A stretch of DNA of 64,000 bases from Nitrospirota bacterium (GCA_963845065.1 CAWJQQ010000006.1:192001-256000); one strand, 5' to 3'. Shown: positions 29,919 through 40,259, counted from the first letter of the stretch. Numbers and translations are program-made. Notes: generated by a model from the sequence alone, not told the origin.

Positions 29919-30752
29919 TCATTTCAGATCTGGTGATAAAATGGCGCTGATATTTTTATCGTTATATGTTTCTCTCCGCCACCGGTACGGCAAATCGATG
30001 ATCGTACCCGGCTCCTGTATCGTGGCGAGCGCCCGGATCGCCTCCGCTAGGATTACCCGATGCTGTGCTGCGTTAAAAGGTTCGCCAAAGGGATGGCCAA
30101 AGGGCCATCTCAGAAAAATGGTTCTCGGCGGCTTGACCTGCTCCGAGTATGTCCGTACGATCGATACGCCGATCGTCGGGATTCCCACCTTCTCTATTTC
30201 CCTCTGTATCAATCCCACTGATTGATTGCAGATGCCTCAACCGGGCGTCAAGAGGACAATATCTACATTAATTTTTTTCAGACTTCTTGCAACCTCGGAC
30301 GCGCTCTTATTAATCAGCGTCGGTATATGCCTACCAGTGATATGTCCCATGAAGCCGTAGTGCAGTTCGGCAACATGCCCGATGCGGCCTTCTTGTTCAA
30401 ATTCTTTCAGCCGTTCAAGAGGGAAAACAATATTGATATCTTTATCGGCATCTGAGTGATCGTAATAGTCGTGAGTGATCATAAGACTTGAAAGCGGTTT
30501 CCTGAAATCGATGACCCTGAACGAGGGATCTCCATTTGGGTCTGTCATATCGAATGGTTCCTGTTCTCGGTGATGAACACCGGCTGTCGTTACTATTGCT
30601 ATGGTGGATGTGGCGAACGCTTTCGTCATTGGAGTCCAGGGAATATCAGCGGATTTCCAGGGTTTGTAGGAAGCGGTAAATCTCTCGGCGATGGAGGGAA
30701 ACCGGGTGATTACTTTTGCGATGAATTGATTTTTGAATCTGTTGAAACTCAT
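29919..30752 (-). CDS. Selenoprotein of the glycine/betaine/sarcosine/D-proline reductase B family (PrdB/GrdB-like), 277 aa with Sec at UGA 30239-30237
   Basis: The two listed ORFs are in frame across TGA, giving LLTPG-U-GIC-NQSVGLIQREIE (UxxC); family motifs VTTAGVH, GDPSFRVI, DINIVFP, PFGHPFG; SECIS-like hairpin after the UGA. Confidence 0.88.
30203..30232 (-). promoter_or_regulatory. Bacterial SECIS-like hairpin
   Basis: UCUG-CA-AUCAAUC-[AGUGG]-GAUUGAU-A-CAGA; apical loop starts 17 nt after the UGA and has G at its second position. Confidence 0.75.
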
Positions 30753-31109
30753 TGGCCATATGCTCCTAACCTGGGTACGCCGAAGTCATAGCTTGTTTAA
30801 TCATCCCGCAAAGGTGCAGGAGCACGGATAAATGCAGATAATAAAGTTGGCGTTCATACCACCGATACAAAAACCAGCGGGCCATCAAGGTTTGCTCAAC
30901 TCAGTTTCAATATTAAAGTCACAAGATGGGAGAAAAAGTGAAGTAGTCTTTGTTTTTGACCTCGATATTTAAAATGCTTGGTGTTCACTGCGTTATCTTG
31001 ACAAAAATATTTCTAGCTGAGTTGAACAACACTGGAACTACAAATCACAGCAGCTCAAGATAACGCGATAAGGGCATCAAATGCTGTATATCAATTGCAT
31101 TATGACAAA

Positions 31110-31421
31110 CCACCTGTCACGCGATACTTGCATAATTTTGCTGTGACGAAGGATCGGATGATCTGATCAATTCTTTGCTTTTTAAGAAAAACAGATCGAC
31201 GATATGGTCATTCAGGTACAGGCCATCAGGTACAGGATTGGCAACTGGTTCTTGACGGGTTTTGTTTCTCATGAATCCACTTTCTGTTTATCATAGCACA
31301 ACTGAAACCCGGAAATAACGCCGTCGTTGCCCAACCAGTTGATGAGGTAGAAACCATGATGTAAAAACCAACGGAGCTTCCCCCCGACGGAATTTTCCCG
31401 AGTATAAGATTCTTGTAGCAT
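31110..31421 (-). pseudogene. Decayed conserved hypothetical protein
   Basis: RWF...FYLINWLGNDGVISGFQLCYDK then a stop and frameshifted ...KNQLPIL/VPDG; resembles a small hypothetical family recalled from memory only. Confidence 0.4.
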
Positions 31422-31459
31422 CTGTGAACCTGTTCGCGTCTGCTGCCCACCGTACTGCT

Positions 31460-32380
31460 CTATTCCTTCAACATCTCCTCGATTGTGATATTGACCGAAT
31501 CGCAGAGTGCAGGACGGTGATAACCCCCTTCTAGCGCGAACACTGCGGGAAGAGAGGCACAGGAATGCAGGATGCTCTGAACAATGCAACGGATACCTTC
31601 GTTCGTGACCCGTATGTTTGTGTACACGTCGTTAACATGAATATCATATCCCGCGGACACCAGGACGATGTCCGGCTGGAAGCGTTGGATCAGCCCCGGC
31701 AGAATATCCTGATATACCATGAGATACTCCTTGTTTCCCGAGCCGGACTGGATTGGGACGTTGTAGGTAAATCCCGTTCCCTTGCCCCTGCCTCGCTCCA
31801 TGTCCTTGCCCGTGTCGGGATAGTAGGGGTGCTGGTGCGTGCTGAAATAGAAGACGCTATCGTCTTCTTCGAAGATATGCTGAGTGCCGTTTCCATGGTG
31901 GGCGTCGTAGTCGATGATGAATACTCTTTCGTAACCGATGGCCTGCGCGTACCGTGCGCCGATCGCGATGTTATTGAAAAGGCAGAATCCCATGCCCTGG
32001 TCCGTCTCGGCATGGTGACCGGGAGGTCGGATTGCACAGAATGCGCGATCGATCTCATCTTTTTTGCACAGTTCAATGGCTTCTATGACCGCTCCAGCAG
32101 CATGAAGCGCTGCTTCGAAACTGCCTTCCGACATATAGGTATCCGGATCGAGTTCTCCTGCCCCGAAATTTTTTATTTTTTCTACATAGTCACGTGTGTG
32201 GACGCGAGTGAGATCATCAAAGGTCGCACTACGCGGCGGGATGGGAATCAGCTTCGGCCAAAAGCCCGATGCCTTAAGCCTGACAATGATGCTGATGATC
32301 CGGTCCGGTAAATCAGGATGCCAAACCGGCGGTTCATGACGGAGGCAGATTTCATCAAAGGCGAAACCGACTTTTTTCAC
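31460..32380 (-). CDS. Histone deacetylase-family (AcuC/AphA-like) amidohydrolase
   Basis: RPPGHHA, GFCLFNN, IDYDAHHGNGTQ, VSAGYD, LEGGY; GTG start. Confidence 0.93.
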   Translation of the reverse strand: MKKVGFAFDEICLRHEPPVWHPDLPDRIISIIVRLKASGFWPKLIPIPPRSATFDDLTRVHTRDYVEKIKNFGAGELDPDTYMSEGSFEAALHAAGAVIEAIELCKKDEIDRAFCAIRPPGHHAETDQGMGFCLFNNIAIGARYAQAIGYERVFIIDYDAHHGNGTQHIFEEDDSVFYFSTHQHPYYPDTGKDMERGRGKGTGFTYNVPIQSGSGNKEYLMVYQDILPGLIQRFQPDIVLVSAGYDIHVNDVYTNIRVTNEGIRCIVQSILHSCASLPAVFALEGGYHRPALCDSVNITIEEMLKE

Positions 32381-32492
32381 GAAGATAGATTATCCTTTCG
32401 TAGAGCGAACTCTTGTGGGGGCCCTCCAATAGCGTTATAGAGGACTGCCCAAACTAGAAAAAGATGTTCCAGGCTTAAGACAATTTACTCAG

Positions 32493-33226
32493 CTATTTCT
32501 TCCCGCACGTTGGACAATCGGGATCTTTCCGGATCTTAATCTTCTGGAAGTCCGTAGTGGCCCCTTCCCAGACGAGGAGTTGGCCTTTGATGGTCGAACC
32601 GATTCCGGAAAGGTACTTCAAAGTCTCCAAGGCCTGTAATGAACCAATAACCGCCGGTGTGACACCAAGCACGGGAAAAACTTCCTTTGGTGGAGCTTCC
32701 GGAAAGATACATCGCAAGCAGGGCGTTTCCGGCGACTGGATAAACGAGAGCCGCCCGTCGATGCCTCAGATGCTGCCGTACACAAGAGAAATCTTTTTTC
32801 TGATGGCGCACTCATTCAACAGGAAACGGGTCGGGAAATTGTCCATGCAATCAAGGATAATGTCAGAGTAGCCCACGAGCCGATCAACGTTCTCCTCCAC
32901 GATCTTATCGGTGAAAGCGGTGATTGAGATATCCGGGTTGAATCGCTCGAGCGTCATTTTGCCCGAGACTGCCTTGTTTTGGCCGATCCGCGTGTGATCG
33001 TGAAGGATCTGGCGGTTCAGATTCGACCAGTCCGGGGAATCGAAATCGCAGATCCGGATGTTGCCCACACCAGCCACAGCGAGGTAGATCGACACCGGCG
33101 ACCCCAGCCCGCCTGCTCCAGCAATAAAGACCTGGACTTTTTGATCTTCTTCTGGGTTGCCTCACCCCACCCTTCCATCATCATTTGTCTTGTGTAGCGC
33201 TTCTATTCCGTTTCAGAAAGACTCAT
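32493..33226 (-). pseudogene. HesA/MoeB/ThiF family adenylyltransferase, inactivated
   Basis: MSLSETE*KRYTRQ (TAG at codon 8); 1-nt frameshift before GAGGLGSP; SNLNRQ; TGA at 32768-32766 in YGSI*GIDG; PCLRC...CPTC. Confidence 0.85.
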
Positions 33227-33310
33227 GCAATCCTCCCCTCACTATCCCCATGATTGCCTATGCATATGTGCCCTAATTATATCGCGTCGGATTTGTTTTT
33301 ATCAATAGTT

Positions 33311-34162
33311 TTATTTCAGCCGCACCCTGGCTTTGTGCAGCAGGAGGTCAGGCACATAGGATGATTTGAAAACGCGCAGATTCTCTTTGTCCAAATCCTG
33401 CTCAAGGTTCAGATATTTGTACTTCGGCGAGAGGACCCTTGCAAAATTGTTGAACATATACTGGTAAATGCCCTTGAATTTTGTCCGGGCTTTGGCAAAA
33501 TGCAGCACAAAGGTCTCGTCGCTCACCTCTTCCCCGAGCACAAAGCCCGCAGGCTCGTCGTCCGCATAGTAAATACCGCCGCAAAGGACAAGTTCATCGT
33601 AGCGTTCAAGTGCCTCAAGACAGGCATCGTAATCAGTGTCAGCGGCTTTCATCTCCGAAGTCGCTTGCCAGTCCAAAAGAATTAATCGTGCTTGAGCAAG
33701 CCGTTCATTCGTAAGGGGCAACGCGTCGTGCCGATAGAGCTTCTGGAACTGAGCAAGGAGATTCCGTTTTTTGTGCAGATTCCTTCCTTTGTAGGTACTC
33801 ATTTTTTCTACCGTGAATACGTAGTCTGCATCGCCATCTTTGTAAGTTATCTCGAATACACTGGATTCGAAAAAAGAAAGCCATTCATCAGGGATCGGAA
33901 AGAGGAAGTCCACGGTCTTCATGAGGTCCTTTAGCAATCCGATATCAGCCGTGCGTACATCGAAGATTGGCATCAGATAGGTATGCCCGTCGTATGACTT
34001 TCCTTTGATAAAAATGTTCTGGTTTATGATGACTTCATAATTGTGATTTCCCCGAAAGAGATAAAGGTTAGCAAAGGTATATTCAGAGAGGCCAGCCATG
34101 GCCCTCTTGAGTAGGGGGGCAAGGAGTTCCTTATGTTGCAGTTCGAGTTTTTCGATGAGCAT
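33311..34162 (-). CDS. DUF2156 family protein (aminoacyl-phosphatidylglycerol synthase C-terminal/GNAT-like domain)
   Basis: SEYTFANLYLF, DYVF, KKRN, LHFAKA, KGIYQY, NLEQDL...K.SY.P. Confidence 0.88.
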   Translation of the reverse strand: MLIEKLELQHKELLAPLLKRAMAGLSEYTFANLYLFRGNHNYEVIINQNIFIKGKSYDGHTYLMPIFDVRTADIGLLKDLMKTVDFLFPIPDEWLSFFESSVFEITYKDGDADYVFTVEKMSTYKGRNLHKKRNLLAQFQKLYRHDALPLTNERLAQARLILLDWQATSEMKAADTDYDACLEALERYDELVLCGGIYYADDEPAGFVLGEEVSDETFVLHFAKARTKFKGIYQYMFNNFARVLSPKYKYLNLEQDLDKENLRVFKSSYVPDLLLHKARVRLK

Positions 34163-34294
34163 TCTTAAACTATAATCGATAACAAAATTTTGTCAAGCGT
34201 TACGACTGTGGTAGTGGGTTTGAAATAGGACTTGTGGTATACTTGTACAGGCAAGATAATTTCCCGCATTTATCATCTCATGAAGGAGGAAGGT

Positions 34295-35077
34295 ATGCTC
34301 GTAATAGCGGAGAACCTAAACATACGGAATAGAGAGTATATGGGAGCAATCAAGAAAAAGGACCGGAAGGCGATCGAAACCATGGCTAAGGAACTGGCGT
34401 CAAAAGGAGCCGATTTGATCAATGTCCAGGTTTCAATGGATGGTGCTGGCGATGAGGATTTGCTTCCCTTTTCTGTGGAAGTTGTTCAGAACGGGGCCGG
34501 CCTTCCCCTCTGCCTTGATTCGCGAAACGTTAAGGCTCTAGCGAAGGCTGTACAGCTTTGCAAAGAGCCACCGATTATAAACTACCTTTCTGCAGACGAG
34601 AAAAAACCCGGTGAACTGCTGGCCCTCGTTAAAGAGTCGAAAGCTAATCTTGTCATTCGCGCGCTCAAGGGGACCGTGCCCTCAACACTCGAGGCCAAAC
34701 TCATGATCCTCGAGGATTTGATCGAGAAGGCGAACGAAGCTGACGTCCCGAACGAACGGTTATTCGCTGACCCATCGGTGGTACACATAAGCAAGGGACA
34801 AGGCCAGGAGCATCTCTTGAACGCGCACGAGAGCGTCATCGTCTTGAACGAAATGGTCGATCCGCCGCTCAACACAGTGATCTGGCTTTCGAATATAACC
34901 TCGGGCCTGCCGAAGAATCTGAAATCGTCTGTTGCTGCGGCTTATCTCTATTACCTTGCCGGGGCAGGGCTAAATGCAGCGCTAGTGAACGTGATGGACG
35001 AGGAAGTGATGAAGGCGGTGTACCTGATTAAGGCCTTCCGAGATGACGTGATCTTCTCCCCAGCGGATTTGGCATAG
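34295..35077 (+). CDS. Pterin-binding TIM-barrel protein, AcsE-like methyl-THF:corrinoid methyltransferase
   Basis: MLVIAENLN, PLCLDS, IIN, LFADP, LSNITSG, AGLNAALVN; SD AGGAGG before ATG 34295. Confidence 0.75.
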   Translation: MLVIAENLNIRNREYMGAIKKKDRKAIETMAKELASKGADLINVQVSMDGAGDEDLLPFSVEVVQNGAGLPLCLDSRNVKALAKAVQLCKEPPIINYLSADEKKPGELLALVKESKANLVIRALKGTVPSTLEAKLMILEDLIEKANEADVPNERLFADPSVVHISKGQGQEHLLNAHESVIVLNEMVDPPLNTVIWLSNITSGLPKNLKSSVAAAYLYYLAGAGLNAALVNVMDEEVMKAVYLIKAFRDDVIFSPADLA

Positions 35078-35261
35078 AAGCTGCGACTCATTTTACGATA
35101 GTGGCTCTGAGACGCGAATATTTTAAGAAAAAAGAGCGCGTTCAGATGAGAAGAAGCCATGAATTGGATTCTTTTGAAGACGCGTCGTCTCAAATTCACT
35201 CTTTCGTCTTTATCCGTGCCTCGAGGCGTGGTTCATATAGTACTTGGGCACTTTTTTCTCA

Positions 35262-36269
35262 CTACTTCGAATAATCCTTCAGCACTTCCGGAATAAGTTG
35301 CTGATAATCCTCATAGGGGATCTGCGAATGCCACTTGTTTGCTACCATGCCAATCCCGATCACAAGATAGAGCAATACTATTAAGATCATCGGGAAGAGG
35401 TATGCTTTTACAACCCTGACCTTTTTACCAGCGCTAAAAGTAAGGTCAAGCGCGCCGGGTGACGGGCAGCGGCTTACACAGGTCAGACAGCCGAAACATT
35501 CCTCGGATTTTACGAATGTCTTACTCTCTACATCGATCAGCGTAGGACAATGAGTGGTGCAAGCATGGCAATGGGTACACAGCGTCTCGTTTCTGCAAAC
35601 CTTGAATGGACTCAACCGGGAAAGGAGCCCGAGGAGTGCGCCGTAGGGGCAAAGGTATCGACACCAGAAGTTTTTATACAAGAGGGAGAGAACTGCGAGT
35701 GAAGTCAGGACCCACAGCGTGAACGTGGTCATTTCCGTGAAGAACTCCATCATTCGCACGTCCACGACCTTGTAGTAGTCGGCAATGAAGAAGAGTGCCA
35801 TTATATTCGGTGGCATCGCAATGCCAATCAGAAAGAGGAAGAGGCCGAGGAAGACATACTTGAGTGACCGAAGCGAGATGTCCGTGAACGGGCCAATTCG
35901 AAAGCTCCTGCCGAACACCTTCTCACCCCCCATCCAGAACAGCTGTGACAGAGTGCCGATGGGACAGATCCAGCCGCAGAAACCCTTTTTTACGATCAAT
36001 GACACACCGAGGATGGCAACAAAGAGTATGAAGGCGGCAGGATGTACGGGCTCGACAATACCGGTCAGAATGAAGTACTTGAACGCCATAAGCCCGCTGA
36101 TGGGCAGAAATGCATCGACTGAGGGGGGTCTCGGCACAAAGGGGCGGCCGGGGGCCACGAAGTGCTGAATGAACTGATAGAACTGGTATCCGATGACGAG
36201 CGTGAGTAGGAAGAAACCGATCTGTACTGAATACCGGAGCAGCCGAAGATAAGTTCGTGGTAACTTCAT
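35262..36269 (-). CDS. Membrane 4Fe-4S binding protein (YccM/NapH/MauN-like)
   Basis: FCGWICPIG, WCRYLCPYG, CxxCxxCxxxCP twice; multiple TM helices. Confidence 0.9.
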   Translation of the reverse strand: MKLPRTYLRLLRYSVQIGFFLLTLVIGYQFYQFIQHFVAPGRPFVPRPPSVDAFLPISGLMAFKYFILTGIVEPVHPAAFILFVAILGVSLIVKKGFCGWICPIGTLSQLFWMGGEKVFGRSFRIGPFTDISLRSLKYVFLGLFLFLIGIAMPPNIMALFFIADYYKVVDVRMMEFFTEMTTFTLWVLTSLAVLSLLYKNFWCRYLCPYGALLGLLSRLSPFKVCRNETLCTHCHACTTHCPTLIDVESKTFVKSEECFGCLTCVSRCPSPGALDLTFSAGKKVRVVKAYLFPMILIVLLYLVIGIGMVANKWHSQIPYEDYQQLIPEVLKDYSK

Positions 36270-36458
36270 GGTCTTGATATTACATCGCTTGGATGCAAAA
36301 CGCTATGATGTTTATCATAAGGAAATTCTGAAGTAGCTGCTTTAATTGTGGATAAATAAGGCTGCGCACTGACAGTAATAGCGCGTGAGCAAGGCGCCTT
36401 ATTTCATGGCACATCATCTAACCGTGTTCCTCTGTGTTTACCGCATCTTAAAATTTTC

Positions 36459-36794
36459 TTATTTTTTGAATTTCTCGAGGACCTTTTCCATGCCTAGCCG
36501 CGTTGCGGAAAAGCCATGCGAAGTCGGATCTTCTTCCTTACTTAACGGCATTAAAAAAATCGCAGCGTCAGCAGTTCGGAAGCTTCTGCGCGTAAGTCCC
36601 CTGTAGCTTTCCACCGCAGATCGAACCTGCGATCACCCAGCATGCACTCCCTGCATTCTTACCGCCGTGGACCGTTACGGTACAAACACCCAGTCCTCAG
36701 CTTTCAGGCCGTCGGGGTATCGTCCGCATTTTTTGTGTTCCCAGCAATTCTTTCTTATCAATTCGATGTTTTTGCTTTTGATATCTTCTTTCAT
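36459..36794 (-). pseudogene. Decayed paralog of the two-CW domain protein at 58659
   Basis: KNCWEHKKCGR...(frameshift)...VHGGKNAGSACWVIAGSICGGKLQGTYAQKLPNC*RCDF...(stop/frameshift)...GFSATRLG. Confidence 0.85.
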
Positions 36795-37033
36795 GTAACC
36801 TTTACCTCATGTATTACAAATAATAATTAAATCTGCTTACTATCCGCCGCCCGTGGTCTATCGATAGAAATAAATTAACTATACGGAATTGAATACGAGT
36901 AAGTCAATTTTATTTTGCATTCCCATAATTAATATTTTTTATGCTCACATTGTTAAAGAAAATAAGTAGAATAAATTTTTACTCAAAGAAATCACCTTTA
37001 CAACTTCAGGAAGATTGTGCTATTTTTAAAGCT

Positions 37034-38413
37034 ATGGTCCATGATCTTCATACTTTTTTTTATCCCCAAACCGTCGCCCTCATTGGCGCTACTAATAACC
37101 CCATGAAACCGGGCACGGCGATTCTAGAGAATCTGTCCCATTTCAACGGTGCTGTATTCCCGGTAAATCCAAAACACGAAACCCTGCTGGGCCACCGCTG
37201 CTATCCGTCGATCACTGCGGTCCCCGACGCGATCGACATGGCCATCATCGCCCTGCCTGCTAAACTCATCGAACAGGAGATCGAAGCAGTCCATAAAAAA
37301 GGCATACGCAGGATTATCCTGATCAGCTCCGGGTTTGCCGAAGCAGGTGAAGAAGGAATCCGGATGCAACAGCGCATCGCGGTAACGACTAAAGAGTACG
37401 GCATCCGCGTGATCGGTCCGAATGCCCTCGGTGTTTACAACACTGACAACGGACTAGACAGTTTTTTCGTATCCCGCGAACGCGTGTCACTGCCCTCGCA
37501 AGGCAGACTGTCGATCATCTCACAGAGCGGCGCCATCGCTGTTATCCTTATGGAAGCGCTCGCTCGCGACAATATGGGCATAGCCAAGGTCGTTAACTAC
37601 GGTAACCGGCTGGATGTGGACGATGCCGATGCCCTCGATTACTTTGCTGACGATGCACAAACAGGGGCGGTAGCCATGTACATGGAGTCAGTGGCTAACG
37701 GCAGGAAGTTCCTGACAGCAGCAAAAGCATTCGCTGCGAAAAAACCCCTCGTTATCTGGAAAGCGGGCAAATATGAATTAGGCGCGGCAGCCGTGGCGTC
37801 ACATACGGCAACGCTCGCTGGCAGATACGGCCTGTACGAGGCTGCCTTCCGGCAGGCCGGTGCAGTGGAGGCCTACGATTTCGAGCATATGATTGATGCG
37901 GCAAAAGCCATTGCACTCATGGATTATCCCTGCGTGGGAAACCGTCTACTGGTCGTAACGAACGGCGGAGGCATGGCTGTCGCGGCCTCCGACCAGGCAC
38001 AGCGAGAAGGATTCATCATGCCTCACGTTCCAAACGAGGTCAGATCAAAGCTCGACGGAGTCTTCCCTTCCTTTTTTGTGAAAAGCAATCCCATTGATCT
38101 GACAGGTAGTGGCAGAAACGAAGATTATTATACGGCGCTCAAGGAAGCATTGCCTCATTTCGACGCTGCTGTCGTAATCGTGCTCATGGGGGCGACGACG
38201 GTCACGGAAGAAGCCACGGGCATGGTTGCCCGCGCGTGTCATGAAGCAAAAAAACCTGTCGCGTGCTGCCTCCTGCAGGGCCTAGGCTACACTCAGGATG
38301 CCATGCATGAACTGCTGAAGCTCGGTGTTCCTGTATATCCTTCGCCGGAGCGCGCTGTGCGGGCACTGGCTGTGCTCAGGAATGCGACCAAAAAAAGAGA
38401 AGGCTGTAAGTGA
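37034..38413 (+). CDS. ADP-forming acyl/acetyl-CoA synthetase alpha subunit (CoA-binding)
   Basis: IGAT...PVNPK, SSGFAE, GPNALG, ISQSGA, SHT phospho-His, TNGGG, NPIDLTG. Confidence 0.88.
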   Translation: MVHDLHTFFYPQTVALIGATNNPMKPGTAILENLSHFNGAVFPVNPKHETLLGHRCYPSITAVPDAIDMAIIALPAKLIEQEIEAVHKKGIRRIILISSGFAEAGEEGIRMQQRIAVTTKEYGIRVIGPNALGVYNTDNGLDSFFVSRERVSLPSQGRLSIISQSGAIAVILMEALARDNMGIAKVVNYGNRLDVDDADALDYFADDAQTGAVAMYMESVANGRKFLTAAKAFAAKKPLVIWKAGKYELGAAAVASHTATLAGRYGLYEAAFRQAGAVEAYDFEHMIDAAKAIALMDYPCVGNRLLVVTNGGGMAVAASDQAQREGFIMPHVPNEVRSKLDGVFPSFFVKSNPIDLTGSGRNEDYYTALKEALPHFDAAVVIVLMGATTVTEEATGMVARACHEAKKPVACCLLQGLGYTQDAMHELLKLGVPVYPSPERAVRALAVLRNATKKREGCK

Positions 38414-38433
38414 TTAACTTTGAATAAAAAACC

Positions 38434-39135
38434 ATGATGATGCCCCAGGACATTATTCAGTCAGTACTGAAAGAGGGCCGCAAGACACTCTTCGAACATG
38501 AAGCCAAGGATCTTGTGCGCTCTATCGGCATCATCGTACCGCGGTACGTGCTCGTAGATCCTCTTGACTCAAAGTCCGCCGGTGATGCAGGCGAGAAACT
38601 TGGCTTTCCTGTGGTGCTCAAAGCCGTTTCCCCTCATATCCTCCATAAAACCGATGTGGGTGCCGTGATGCTGAACATTACCACCAACGCTGGGCTCTCG
38701 GCATCAATACGGACTATGAAAAAAATGATCGCTACGCGGGCATCGGGCGCTGTAATCAGGTCGTTTTTGATCGAGAAGATGATGCCTCAGGGACTCGAGC
38801 TTCTGATTGGTGGCATGCGCGATGAACAGTTTGGTCCTACTGTAGCCTTTGGGCTCGGTGGGGTATGGGTCGAGGCGCTCAAAGACTCTGCTTTTGGCAT
38901 CCTGCCACTCACCCATGAAGAGATTAACGACATGATCTCCCAAACACGAGCAGGCATGTTCCTCAAAGGTTTCCGTGGCAGCTCTTCGCTCGATGAAGAG
39001 GCCGTACACCTGATCATCGCCAACCTGTCAACGCTCCTACTCGATTATCCGCAGATCAAGGAAGTCGATCTCAATCCTGTGCGCATTTACGCACGAGGTG
39101 CGGCTGCCCTCGATGTCAGGATCGTTCTTCAATAA
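38434..39135 (+). CDS. ADP-forming acyl/acetyl-CoA synthetase beta subunit (ATP-grasp)
   Basis: EHEAK, GFPVVLK, HKTDVGAV, FGPTVAFGLGGVWVE, EVDLNP, LDVRI. Confidence 0.88.
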   Translation: MMMPQDIIQSVLKEGRKTLFEHEAKDLVRSIGIIVPRYVLVDPLDSKSAGDAGEKLGFPVVLKAVSPHILHKTDVGAVMLNITTNAGLSASIRTMKKMIATRASGAVIRSFLIEKMMPQGLELLIGGMRDEQFGPTVAFGLGGVWVEALKDSAFGILPLTHEEINDMISQTRAGMFLKGFRGSSSLDEEAVHLIIANLSTLLLDYPQIKEVDLNPVRIYARGAAALDVRIVLQ

Positions 39136-39251
39136 GTTCCGCCTCCAGTCATTGTGAGATATACGGGAATTGTCCGAAAGAGTTTGAAACTATACAAAAT
39201 TTTCTCTTGCGAGAGTGTCGTCTGGGCGGTCGGCTATTTTTCTTTTTTACT

Positions 39252-40136
39252 ATGCGCGATGATAAGACTGTCGAAGAACTCACCTATCTCCGGGCCGAAG
39301 TCAAACGACTTCGAACGGCTTTGGACCAGCAGACAAGTGACCTCGACACCCTGCTGAAGCAGCGAGGTTTCATGATCTATAAAAAAGAGCCTTCCGGAGA
39401 CCTGCTTATCCCCGTAAAGAAGTATTTGAGTCGTTATTATCGAATGCTCCACAAATATTCTTTTCGTCTCTTCCTCCGTGAGGTAATCAAACACCAGTAT
39501 CGGTTTGGGCTCGAAGACGTAGCCCGGTATGCCACTTCGTTCGTGACAAAAGAATACATAGACTATCTCGTGACCATGAAACTCATCAAAAGGACAACAA
39601 AGGGGTACACACTTGCTAAGAGGCCGATCACGAGCTTCGGCCCGACCCTAGAGTGGTATATCGCTGAGATTTTCAAGCGTGAGTTCGGTTCGGAAGCTGT
39701 CTGGGGTGTTAAGTTTAAACGTCCTAACATTGGTGGGGATTACGATGTGATTGCAAAATTCGACGGTTCCCTTATTTCAATAGAGGTTAAGTCATCCCCG
39801 CCAAAACAAATTTATGAAAGCGAAATCGCCGCTTTTCTCGACCGTGCAGAGGACCTGGCGCCAGCAATCAGTGTCTTTTTCATGGATACTGAGCTTAGAA
39901 TGAAAGACAAGTTGGTGCCTATGTTCGAGAAGGAGCTTCACCAACGATATGACAAGCCGCCGAAGGTAATGCGCATGGAGCGCGAGCTGTTCCAGTACGG
40001 CGACCGTATTTTCATCGTGAACTCGAAGGAGAGTATCATTCAGAATATAGGAAAAGTGATGAGTTGGTATTTTCAAAGATCTGCCGGACTGCGTTCATTT
40101 GCCGTGATGGGAGAAAAACAGACCCGGCAAACATGA
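39252..40136 (+). CDS. Hypothetical protein with a PD-(D/E)XK nuclease-like C-terminal domain
   Basis: FGPTLEWY...GGDYDVIA...IEVKS motif; ATG 39252. Confidence 0.6.
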   Translation: MRDDKTVEELTYLRAEVKRLRTALDQQTSDLDTLLKQRGFMIYKKEPSGDLLIPVKKYLSRYYRMLHKYSFRLFLREVIKHQYRFGLEDVARYATSFVTKEYIDYLVTMKLIKRTTKGYTLAKRPITSFGPTLEWYIAEIFKREFGSEAVWGVKFKRPNIGGDYDVIAKFDGSLISIEVKSSPPKQIYESEIAAFLDRAEDLAPAISVFFMDTELRMKDKLVPMFEKELHQRYDKPPKVMRMERELFQYGDRIFIVNSKESIIQNIGKVMSWYFQRSAGLRSFAVMGEKQTRQT

Positions 40137-40259
40137 CGGTGAAATCAGCTGCTTTTTGCTATTTTTTCTGGTCGTACCAAGTTGTGGCGCAGTACAAGGC
40201 GACATGCACTATCAAGCCAGGGTCTTTACTGTACCCCATTTTCCGTAGCTTGGTCAACA

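Noticed and set aside
30790..31105. Possible small decayed gene upstream of the selenoprotein
   Set aside because: Only vague protein-like fragments with many stops; no family recognisable.
32766..32768. In-frame TGA in the MoeB/ThiF gene as selenocysteine
   Set aside because: The context YGSI*GIDG fits a Trp codon mutated from TGG, and the gene has an upstream TAG and a frameshift.
36566..36574. In-frame TGA in the two-CW relic (NC*RC) as selenocysteine
   Set aside because: The intact paralog has Trp (NCWRC) here, and the relic has other frameshifts and a stop.
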